Shown in pieces: positions 52,301-64,000 of a stretch of 64,000 bases of DNA (its first letter is position 1; every line of letters starts with the position of its first letter). The notes beneath the pieces were generated by a model. That model saw nothing but the letters and a program-made list of their open reading frames with translations. It was not told where the DNA came from and did no database searches. Source of the DNA: Tubiluchus corallicola (Eukaryota; Animalia; Priapulida). Made by a program: the position numbers and the translations under genes. Where the stretch lies: contig JAQGDQ010000114.1 of NCBI GenBank assembly GCA_030141605.1, positions 186,001-250,000 on the forward strand. Reading direction: 5' to 3'.

Positions 52301-55300
52301 GACTAGAGCGTATGATCCAAACAACTAGGTTCGGGCTTGAATCGTGATTCATTCACAATTTTTCATATTCTTCTTTTTTTCTATATTTAACTGTTGATTG
52401 TTGATGATACGGCTCAATATGGTATATATGATTTACCCAACTAGAGCTCCAATGGCTTCAGCTTTTCTGGTGATTCATACATCAATGGGAAAGTCTGTAC
52501 TTATTGTCTTCTCGTTTATTGTTTGAATTGTACCACCAGAATTGGCGCCGCCGGAAGAAACTGCTGTTTTAATAATTGTTCTTTACCCCTTTTTGAGGCA
52601 AACGCCTATATGTTGAGCATGGTAACACAAATTTAATATCACCGATGAAAATACTTAAGAAATATATTCACAAATGCACTGAAGTTCAGTTCAACGTTAC
52701 TGATTAACTACATATTATTAAGCTACATTTTCTACATTTATTATTCTACATATACGCAAATGGTATGTACTGCCTGTCTCCGTCCTTAAATAGATAAAGC
52801 AGAGCAAACAAGAGACTACGTGGAATATTTTTGCATTATCGATTATAATGAATTTAGCTTATTCAAAATAACGCGTAAGGTACTCCTTAATTTGTGGGAC
52901 AAATGCTTCCTTTTTGTTGCTAATTATTGTTAGCTTTATTTGTTTTACAGCTGCTGATGCTGAATAAAACTCTCATAGAGCATTATAAATATCGAAGAAA
53001 AGGAGAAACGTAAAAATAATGTTGCAACATATTCATTATGTAGTTTATTGGTACTGTAAATAATTTTACGTCGTATCTGGACCTACTTAGTAAGTCAGAA
53101 TTTAATGATTCTTGCGCAAGCAGGTCCCGACACAGTATCTAAGCCAATTTATTTTGTTTGAAATATGTTGTAATATTATTGCATGCGTTTATTTTACGTT
53201 CCTCCTTTTTCAACATTGATAATGCTCAGGAGAGGAGAGAGAAGGTTGTTTTACAACGAAGATATTTGCGTGTTACCCTTTTTCTTAATTATTCACCTAC
53301 CTTTGTCTGTACTAGGTGAACACGGAACTATAAGGAGGAGATTAGTTTTTAAATAATCATGGTATTGGACTGAATTTTGGATTCCGCAATGAGGCTCAGT
53401 TAGAGAAAACATTTTTACTTGCAACGAAAGATTTGCTGGAATTTTATTTTCAAAATCATGTGCTTTTAGCACCTGAAATTATCATATGTAATATGTTATG
53501 ATGCGTAGACTGCTTTTAGACGTTTTTTATCGTGGATATTGCTATTATATATTTTTTCACTTCTAAGACTAAAGGGACGCACCCAGGTGTAAACCTGTTT
53601 GACTATCATATAAATTACGGTTGTAAGGATTGCCTAATCAAAAACTTTATAAACAGCCTTCCCAAGAGTTCATTGACGAAAAATTTTATGTCTTGAACAA
53701 AATGACAGTTATTGAGAATTGTGTTTACATGGAATCTAACATGCTTGTAAATCAATCAGGTTATGGGTGTGAAGTCGCAAATATTTATCAAGAAAGACTG
53801 CTCAGCATCAATCTACAAATAACAGTCTACGTTTACAATAAGTCTGACAAGGGACAATTCTCAGGAAAAATGGAATAGTTGTTTCGAAAAGAAGAAACAG
53901 TTGAAAATCCAAGGATTAAACACGAGTTTACTACATTGAAAATGTTTGCTAATAGTAATGTACACAGTAAGGTAAAAATTCGTAGCTTCATGCGGCTTAA
54001 TTTGCCAATTTTTTGATAAAAAAAAGTTTCATCCAAATGCCAATCGTGTTAATGTTTTTAGCATTCGGGATTCTTACCTAAGCTTTACTTTGCATGGATC
54101 TTTTCGCCAGTTTAGTTCAGTTTAAACATCAAACTTTGTTTATTTAAAGGGGATTTACAATACAGACGTCTGATACACGTAACTTCACGGTGCAAACCCT
54201 GAATGGAATGTACCGATAAAAAATAATAGATATCACATCTAGCACTTCATTTAGTAAAACAATAGTCTTATATTGCTTATAATGACATATACATAGACAG
54301 TTTATAAGCTAATTCACAAAGACAGCACTTAAGTAACAAGAGTAATACAGGTAATAGGAATACACCAGTTTCGCCAGTTACTTAGTCAACAGAACTGTAC
54401 TGAAATTTCATTTAGAGCTTTTTCCAAGACTCAAAACATGAAAGAAGCATAGGCTGTGATTAGCTTAGCGTGTTTGGTTTTTTCATGTTCAAAATATAAT
54501 TTAACTTTCAGGAAAGCAAGTTTATAGATGGAATTTTGGTATAGTAATGAGTGCATTTTCAAATCAAATATTTTGACATCTCAGTTTCGAGATTGCAGTC
54601 ATATCTGCCCTGTAAATCTGGGCCCAGATGATTTTACGTAATACGATTAAAACAGTTACCATGGCATTTGACGAAACCAATACGAAAATAATTTTTTATC
54701 CTAAACAAAAATTATAGTTACAACTTTAGGTCATGTAACTGTAAGAAACTAATAAAAGCTTAAAAAGATTAATCACCGAACATCTGTATGTATGTACATC
54801 AATTTTAGTTCGTTTCTGTCGCGTGTAGATGTCTCTGTGCGACCAGTTTTCATTTACTGCTGCCGTGTAAACGTGCTTACACTGTTCCTGGTTTCTGATT
54901 CACCGTTTGTCGCTACAATTAAATTGTTTATTAGAGTGTTTATTGACCTCAGATATTTGCTAATCGTAAAAGAGAGTACGCGCAGAAGTCAACCATACAT
55001 GCTGATTTTGGCTTCAAACTTAAGTTCTTCAGAATGTTCTTATTATAGTACACCTTCAGAATGAATGTAAACTGTGTCTTAAGTTGTCAAATGTACCGTT
55101 TTGGCAATGCTACGTATTTTTAGCACACGCATTTTTGCAAAAATAGATGTTTTAACAATTAAGCATACTCTTCATCTTTTGACTAAAAAGAGGCCAAGTT
55201 GTGTAGAGTTTCTGTATTTCCTATCACAACATATCCCCCATTTAACTGGTAATTATTTTTTATACCAAAAAAGAGATAATATCTCTCAGCAGCAAGGTTT

Positions 55301-56688
55301 TTGAAAAGCCAGAGTGCTGCAAGGGTTAATTTTAAGTCTTCGGCTTTTCAATGTGTAAACTTAGTATTACTACTTAGGTGCCATATTCCATTTCAGCGCG
55401 CGTGCATCAGTAACATGCCTTGTCTTGCATGATCTTACTTCACCTTGTTTCGTCTCGTCTCGTCTCGTCTGCTATAAGCCTATAACCGTTTGCTTCTTGC
55501 TCCTAACGTCTCCGACCCAATCGAGTTTTTACTGAAAAAAGAGCGCAAATAAGAAGAATAAACATAGCTACTGGGGATGTCGGAATAATTGATATTAAGC
55601 GTTTCTTTTACTCTCCCACAACTTCTTTTGCCAATATTTCTTCCATTATGAATTAGATTTAATGTTTTATTATTTTGTAAGTATAAATTTTTACTAAACT
55701 GCCTCATTTCAGTACTTTGGATTCGCATTGCATATGAACCTGCAGGGAAAATTGTTGCTCCATTGCATTAGTAGCACGTTATTAACTCCACTAAAGTGCT
55801 TTATATATCGACGATATCACTGTCGACCATTGATGAAAAGGGTTCCAATTTTCCATTATATCATAACACTCTATGCAACATTCATTTGAAGCGTAATTAC
55901 GATGCCAGTATTGATCTGTTAGGCGAGTCTAGACGGTATAGACATCCTTCCGAGCTAATGGCGGTTCCTCTGGACACAAAACTACAAGGTATATAGGCTC
56001 TGTATTCTGAAGCAGTTGACATTTACGACCAATCAAACTAAATAATAATATCTTGGTTCTCTTTGGCGTGTAGTAATATTAGTTTCGGTAATGACGTTTT
56101 CTTACCGGCGATTTCAATCTTTACGACGCAGCAGATGGAGCCAGCAAACTGCTGCTGGGTGATAATGAGAACTTATTGATAATCTCTGCTGTACATGTAC
56201 GTAGTATTGGAGAGTTGTAAAGGTCTATTACCTACACGAACGCGCTTTTAGTAGCGGCAAGCGGCAGTATTTCGGTCGACTGTCTGGATTTTTGTAGAGG
56301 AGTCAGCTTACCTGTTCTTTTAAGGAAATCTTGATATTGTGAAATTGTGGCTTCATGATTACGTTCACGATGAAGGTTAGTTAATCAAATTTATATACTT
56401 AAGCTTTGTTGGAAATGGCTTTCCGATTCAATTAACAGTTTAATCTTTTGCTATAGCTTAAAACTTAGATTTACAACGTATTCACATTGCTCGGAAGTGG
56501 TACTGCCAAACCACTGGCGTAGCAGTGTTTAGTTTTTTTACTGGGTTTCTACTGAGCTTACCTGTCTTGAGTTTCTTTTATTTTAGAATTCTGCAATAGA
56601 CCTAATAGGCATAATTATTATGATATACTGACTTGCAATGTGATGTTTCACTAACTTGTAATTGTTGTTCATTATACTCTAGTGCGTC

Positions 56689-56815
56689 ATATTGTATTAT
56701 GTTATATTATATTATATTATGTTACGTTACGTTACGTTACGTTACGTTACATTATATTATATTATATTATATTATATTATATTATATTATATTATATTAT
56801 ATTATATTATATTAT
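56689..56815. repeat. Compound pentanucleotide microsatellite (ATATT)n with an embedded (GTTAC)6
   Basis: Seen directly. Confidence 0.95.
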
Positions 56816-59800
56816 TTATTTGCGCGCAAAAGTACTAAAAAGAAAAAGTAAAAAAGCACATAAAGAACATAAAAAGCACATGAACAATATTTGGCCTCAC
56901 TAACGTGCCAGGACTAACAGCAGGAAACTTAATCCCCAAACAGCAAGCTACCTGTTGACATTATTTGTTGTAATGTTTTAATTCTAGTTTACCGTTTTAT
57001 TTTTATAATCTAGGAACGAAATGTAGATCTTACAGCACTAAATTAAAATCACATTTTTTAGTTGCACTAACTGAACTTTGAGTCTCTAGCTTTTTATGTA
57101 AGGCATTAAAGTAATAAAATTTCAGTCTAATCGCTTCAGAAATAAAAAAAATGCAAAACCACCTAGACTTCTCGACTAATCTTACACATTACACGGTATG
57201 GTTAATTGTGAACTTCCGTTGTAATGGATATAATTTTTGTGTAGTGTGATTCCAAAATAGACATTTACTCTTCGATTGAGATAAATAAATAATTTTATTT
57301 CTGTTTTAGTTTCTTCTACGTGTTTTTATCAGACGTGTTTTTCACCACGTAAAATAAATGACTTAATTGTGCTTGATTTAGACAACATATAATTAGTTTT
57401 GATGTTGATCAAGGTGGTTGTCATAATCAATTTATTCAGTGGGATTCAGATTAGTAGAAATCATGCTTAAATCTGCTGTCTAATGCCTTGCGATGTCATA
57501 TAATTTATATTGGTCACTAAAAAGCTTTATGCTGCAAGTCACGGAATGTCTTGTTTGTTCAGGGGAATTGCGTCTTCGTGTTGGTTTGAGTGTGCGTGGA
57601 TGCAAGAACGAGTTAATTTCTTACACAACATTGATTTTCCTGAACGTTGTCTAGGTAATACATAGTTGTACTGAAATGTTCATTGGTGGCATTAGATTGG
57701 ATGTTATTTGCTTTTTCCGTATTGAAAACAATTTCTCAACATTCTTGACATAATTATGAGTACAGATTGCCGCTGAGTTGGGAAACTATTTTTACTGTGA
57801 ACAAACGTGCACATTTACATTGCATCATTAAAAATTTCAGCTAATATTGCTGGTACCCAAGAGAATTTATGGATACCAGGGCAAAAAAGAACCTTGCCCC
57901 CTCCCATCTCCTCCAAATCTCCAAATACTGATATTCAAACTAACTCCACAATTGCAGTACTAGTTTTTCACAATTGTAGTAACAACTTTTAGGCAGAAAG
58001 GTAGGTAAGGGATTATAAAATTAAATTTTCAGTATTTTTTGAATATTTTAAAGACGATTTGATAGTAGAATTTAAAGGTCCAATATATCTGTAAAAAAAA
58101 CTCGTATTTGACAGATACATTCTACTTAGAAGCAGAATAACGTAGTTTTAACTATGCCAACCAGTGGACGGTTTTAGTTTGCAAGAGCACATTTTGTTTT
58201 GTTTGGTTTGCTCAAAGTCAAGGTAAACCCTCGTTAGTTTCCTCGCTTGGCTTGTGGGCCTCCGGGCGCCGCCCCAGCTGACGCCCCTCCCAGTGGTATT
58301 GTAACCTGTCGTGGACTTAAATAATTTAAATTGCGATTTACAACTATTACGATTTTTAAACATCACGCCCTAATTTATTTATCTGAAAGTTGAAAGGGTA
58401 TTTATTAGCACACATATGTAAGTCAGTGCCAGCAAAACGTCAGAATATGTGACCCTGGTACAATCTGCTGCTGAATTCGGTGAATTGTTCTATCTTGCAA
58501 ATTCAGTATTACACCAATTTACATGGAACTGCTACAGCGACGTTAGCGTAATTTTTACCTGAGTAACAATATAAACATAATGGTGTCATTGCAGTATGTA
58601 CCGGCCTACCGGTATTGTTGAGAACTTAATGATTGTAGGCCCACCTATTTGTGTCTAAAATGATGTTGATGTGCTTTCCAGAAAGCTCAACACAAATGTT
58701 ATTTTCTCACTAAATTTGTAATAAAATGCATGATTACACACAGCACCATGGAGCCGCGCTCATGCTGCTTGTTCTACAGTTACTTTTACTATGATTCCCT
58801 CACTACCATTCTTCCCTGTGCAAGATGCCAGCCAATAAAACGCCAGCGGTGATCAATACCTCGCTAGGCTTCAAACTTCGTGGCTTCCACTCCCAGTTTG
58901 TAGTAAAATTTGCCTCTGCTGCAAATAATGAATTCTTAGCTCGTAGATTTTGATCTAGCAGTCACATTAAGAGAACCGCAGGTTACAATCATTGTACTTG
59001 GTCACATGACAGTTGCTCTGTTGAGACAGAGCTAAATTTGATGGATGCTGAGTGTATTATGATTACACAAGTAGCATGCTAGTTTATACGATTTTTGACC
59101 ATTGATCACAATTTAACAATTTTTGATAATCATTCGATAGCACTATGTCCTTCTGGTGAAAAGCTATTTTAACTTTTTCATTATTATGATGGGATGATAT
59201 ATGATAGTAGAAGAGGCTGTTCATCAAGCAAAAGAAAAACCTAACCGTGAGACAAAAGTTAGCAGGACGATTTGAAATATTTAACCATCTTGACAGTAAA
59301 TAATTATGGCAGCAGCAAAGCATGAACTAAAGATGCTCTGGCTTAAGGATGTGGTTAGACTTAGTCTTAATGGTCTTTGGACATAAGCATGGTCAATGGA
59401 TTCACATGACCGAATAAAAAGTAAATTTAATCAAGTGATTAATCAACATATAACTTTGCAAACAAGTGAGCGAATAAACGAATCCATGCATGAGCAAACA
59501 AATGAATTACCGAGCAGGAGAACAAACGAACTTATGAACAACAACAACAAGAGCAACAACAATAACGGCGACAACAGTAGCGCCAACGACAACAAACAAT
59601 TAAACACAAATGCAACATACACTTCATATGCTTTCTCTTTACACTTAAAAAGTAGGTGCGATATGTAATTATTTGTCTTGATAAGTAGAATCATCACATA
59701 TGATTACATGTGGTTATATTTTCATACAGCTAATGCGGTGCTAGAGGAATCGTAATAGCTTATTGAGTATCCAGTCTCACTGTTACAGTACAGCCAGACT

Positions 59801-62800
59801 TCAGTCAAAAAAGTTAACTATTAGGAGAGATCTAGCAAAAGCTGTCTTGTGTGGACTCATTTGCAGATCTAGTCGTACTATTATAGTCAACCCCCATCCT
59901 TAAAAAATAAAAATTGATTGCTTATCGCACCACCTGACCTCCACATTGTCGACACAATACTAATGATTTATTCCAATAGTAGCTGATCGTAATTCCCTTT
60001 TGGTCAAAATAACACTACTCAAATTTGTACTAGTTGTCTGCACGCTTCATGAGGCTAGCGTTGAGCGCCAGGCATAACTCGCCAATTTTCCTTGAATCAG
60101 GTTAACTTTCTTCCAATTTTTTTCGCAGTTGCCAGTTTCAACTATCTAAAGAATGGTGAAAGTAATAATGCCCGGAAATTCTCAATGTGTTTAATTGTTA
60201 TTTTAATTTTTTGGCGAAACTTTTTGTCAGATATCCGTAGACGGTTGGATTTCAAGATTATACAGAGACCTAGATGTTAGTAAGTCACTTGCTACTATGA
60301 ATTTATTGATGCTTGAGTCGTCATCCAAATGTTCAATGGTTTCATTGATCAATAAAAGTCTGCTTACTAGATGATATCAAGTTCCATTTTTCATGATGAT
60401 AATGCTAATGTTTTATTATAGACATTTGTTTCCCATAATACCCTCATTGCATGATTTTAATAATTGCTGTTGGTATTACGATACTAGCTACTACGCTAAT
60501 ACGCTCTAATACGCTAATAGCAACAGATTTGCCATATTTCTGGACAGCTCAACCATATGTACATGCATTTGTTAGCTGACTAGAAGAATCCGGCATAAAG
60601 ACGACTGACAGGTTTCACACTTAGCATTAGCCCCTGAAGTGGCATATCCTCACTTGTTTGGTCAAGCGTTCTGTCACGTTACACAAATAGAAGCTTCTCT
60701 GGAAAGCCATTATTAGTGCAATCATCTCCAGGCGAAAACACTGCAAATGCGAGAAATTATCTGGTCTTGCAGTACTTTCTTGAAATGCAGCTTTTAACCA
60801 AGGCTGGATATAAGCATAAGTCAGGTGGGATCATAGGCCCCATTTCAAACAGCTTATCAAACATTTTTGTAATCATGCGAAATAGTAAATATGGCAGTGA
60901 AGTGTATATTATATGTCTTTGCAAATAACAAATGTAGCCTACTAAAGAAATAGATTGATTTATAGAAATGCATGGCCAGCATTTTTATTAAAGTTGTATA
61001 TAACACAAAAGAAAAGAACTGTGCTGAAATAGTAAATAAAATAGTACATTCAGGTTTCTTCCGCATTCGGAATTGACGTCTAACATAATGCCAATCATTT
61101 CTGTTGATTGCCCAATCAGCGTGCAGGTTATTTCGCATCCCTGCAGAGCTTAATTAACGCAGGTACGTTCGGGACATTTATCTACAGCTTGTTATGAAAA
61201 ATGCTCAACTTTTCATTAGTTAGCGGGAATAATATTGACCTGGTTCTAGACTTTATTGTTGTCAATTCAAATTGCAAGTGAATTAGTGGAAATAGTCTAG
61301 TTTCGTTTATAGGAAGAAATGCACAATGCTTACGTCTATGAGTTGCTGATTAAACCATTTTGCAATCAAGAAGATATGCAGTTTAGTTTAGTTTATGGCT
61401 TTGCAAGTTAGATAAATACAACTATCTGATTAACTTTAATTAAGGACAAAGCAAAACGTTTTCTTTTTTGTTCAGTTTTTTTAAAACTCAATGAGATCTT
61501 CACAGTCAAAATTAATTCAAACGTGGTCAAAGCTTATATTACACATCAATGTAATATTAACTAATTTTGTGCTATTTTTCTGGTTATAATCATGGTTAAA
61601 AGATGTCATTGGGACTTATGTGACACTGGCATTCAATATAAGGGTCGTCTATGGAATGGAACAGTCAAACTTAATCCATTTCCGTAGCCTAACAAACGAA
61701 AAAATACAAAAACTGAATAAAGATTGTAGACGAGCACATGATCAGTTAATATAAAAAAAATACATTGCGGGCTTGATATTCGTATGTTTAAAGCAAGAGA
61801 AGCTTAATATTTTTGTTGCTCATCTATTGTAAATCAAGGCTAACAGCTTAGTTTCTTTATTATACTTATGTCTCTGTATTTTGTAGTGCTTTGAAACTTC
61901 GTCTCTACATTATGTTTAAATTGAAAAGTCATTTTTTGGCTACTTGAAGTGTTAATTTCATGTAAAAATAGCTGCTGCTCTGCAAATTTGTGTTTACGAA
62001 AAAGTGCAATCAGATTATCTGCTGATTAGAAATTAATTGTGACTGTCATGTTGTTTAGTTTAGTTTAGCTTAGCTTAGACTGTTGTTGTCCTGCGCGAGC
62101 TGTTGTCCCGAATGCTGATGAGTGTGCTTACGTTGAAATGCTTTATGTGCTTTAGTTTGGTTAACATTATCATTTACGTTTAAAAAATCAAGTAACTTTA
62201 CGAAGTTTTTGTTGATGCTCAGTATTCTTTACCAAAGGATTCTTTACCAGGAAAACTGACCTCTCAAAATCGTAAGCCCATGCGGTCATGCCAACTGATG
62301 CATTTCTGTTTGGCCTCCTATCTGTTCTGGCCTGCTTATAACACCTAAGCTGTGGGACAATTTCGGCACAAAATTACATGTAGGTGCATGTTATTCACTA
62401 TCGAAAATGTTTAAAAACTTCTCTAAATCTCAGAATCTGAATCACTGGTTAGCAGTTGCGCCATTATTGTCTGTTGGTAAAAAAATAACTGAAAAAAAGA
62501 AATTATTAAGCAATAAAGTTAATTAGCAAAGGTTCAATGTGACTCTAGATTTCTCGTTCATAGTTATACTATTATAGTCCTTTTGTGAATCATTTCTTTT
62601 CGATTACTATATTAATTTAACATGCTATTTAACATCTAGTTAACACTCTATTACGAACTATACTCTCACAATCACCATCTTGATATATCCATGAAATCTT
62701 GATATATAACCACGAAAATAGCTGAACCGTTTTGCTGATGACTACTCACCTTAAAAACATTTCAGAGCGCTCATTCGACACAACCTGTTTATCGTCATGT

Positions 62801-64000
62801 TCTGCCTTACTCATCAATTACTGGATAAACGTTTTATAGGTAAATTAACACTGTCTAACAGAAATATAGATTTTCCGTTAGTCATATGGTCTGGACAGTT
62901 TGCGTGGTTACTCATCGCGGGCTCCAAGAATCCGCTACATTAATCCACCATCCATCAAACACAGCTTCATACATGGCTGACACTTGATGGCGTTATTTTG
63001 TGGCTGTTGCAACGGTTGAAAGCTCTTATCTATTGTGATTTCTCGGAATTAACATGTTGCTGGAAACGCTTATTGTCCAAGAGCAATGTATACACGAGCA
63101 CTATAAAGAACGTAAGTGGCGTTGTTTCTAAAAGGGATATCTCTTAGAAATAATGAAATTTTAATGCATAGCGATCGATCCATTAAACTGCACTCTAATG
63201 AAATGCATTATTCGTGTAACAATTATTAAGGAGCTGTTTATATGGCAGTAAAAGTAGTTAAGTTATAGCTGCAGCAAACAAAATTTCTAGAAATTGAGTC
63301 ATTTGCTGCGTTTCCTGTATGACTTCCAAGACTCGCTGTTGTTGCTCTTCTCTGTGCTAAGTCGTTGTCTCAGATCGCATTTATTTCACTTACTTACAGG
63401 GATTTCTACTTATATAACTGACTGGTGGAAGTGTACTTATAAGATTTGAGTTATCGAATTATGAGTTAGACTTACAGCAAAAATAATTAATATTACAATT
63501 ACTATTAACTCCATTACTGAGATTTTCACACTTTTTGCTTGTGTCTTGGCGTTTAAATTTACATAGATTATTGCCCAAAATCTCAGATTCGGAAGCATGA
63601 TAGGATCTTATTAAATTACTATATAGTTTTTCTTCAAAACTAGTTCAGTGTGTGTTCCCTCTAGTCCTTGCCATCACTACCACGTGCTTATAACTGTCTG
63701 ATTCTTAGGGTTTAGGCCCACGAGACGCAGCTGTGGGGACCTAATGATTGTAACGAACCTTCTGCGGGTAGAATAACTCGGTTAGTTTGCTGGACGAGTC
63801 TCAGTGACGCGAACTTCTTCCTTGTGGAAGCCGTGTCATTGTCGTTATATTGATGGCAATGCGCTCGACGGCTACAAGCGAAGCGCTTTCGGAATTATTA
63901 GGAGTTCATTCCGTGGACAGTGTGTACGTATTTTATTGGCTTACGTATCTGTTATTAGACAAATTATACCGAGAAACAAGGTATTACCTCGGAATCCAAA

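Noticed and set aside
56633-56903. YYIIL-repeat ORFs
   Set aside because: Translations of the pentanucleotide microsatellite
59396-59697. Asn-rich and Leu-rich ORFs
   Set aside because: Derived from (AAC)n and AACGAA-type simple repeats
63853-64000. ATG-initiated frame open to the right edge (MAMRSTATSEALSELLGVHSVDSV...)
   Set aside because: Only 49 codons, no recognisable family; cannot be judged without the next window

Overview
AT-rich animal (metazoan, probably invertebrate) nuclear DNA; no prokaryotic operons or CRISPR arrays. The left ~34 kb is gene-dense. It holds three + strand genes with uninterrupted CDSs (NKAPD1/C11orf57-like, V-ATPase subunit e, GEMIN8) and a complete 11-exon Polycomb EED/esc gene on the - strand, with one U12-type minor intron. 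It also holds a 2-exon - strand gene (14186..13717 + 11309..11060, 239 aa) that looks like a bacterial-type ABM/dimeric alpha-beta barrel protein; this is the best candidate for something undescribed (possible horizontally acquired gene that gained an intron). A near-intact L2/Crack-type LINE, nested in a MITE-like element, lies upstream of the EED start. The right ~30 kb has no recognisable conserved CDS: it holds MITEs, microsatellites and one or two candidate first exons. Family assignments are from recalled sequence motifs, not database searches.
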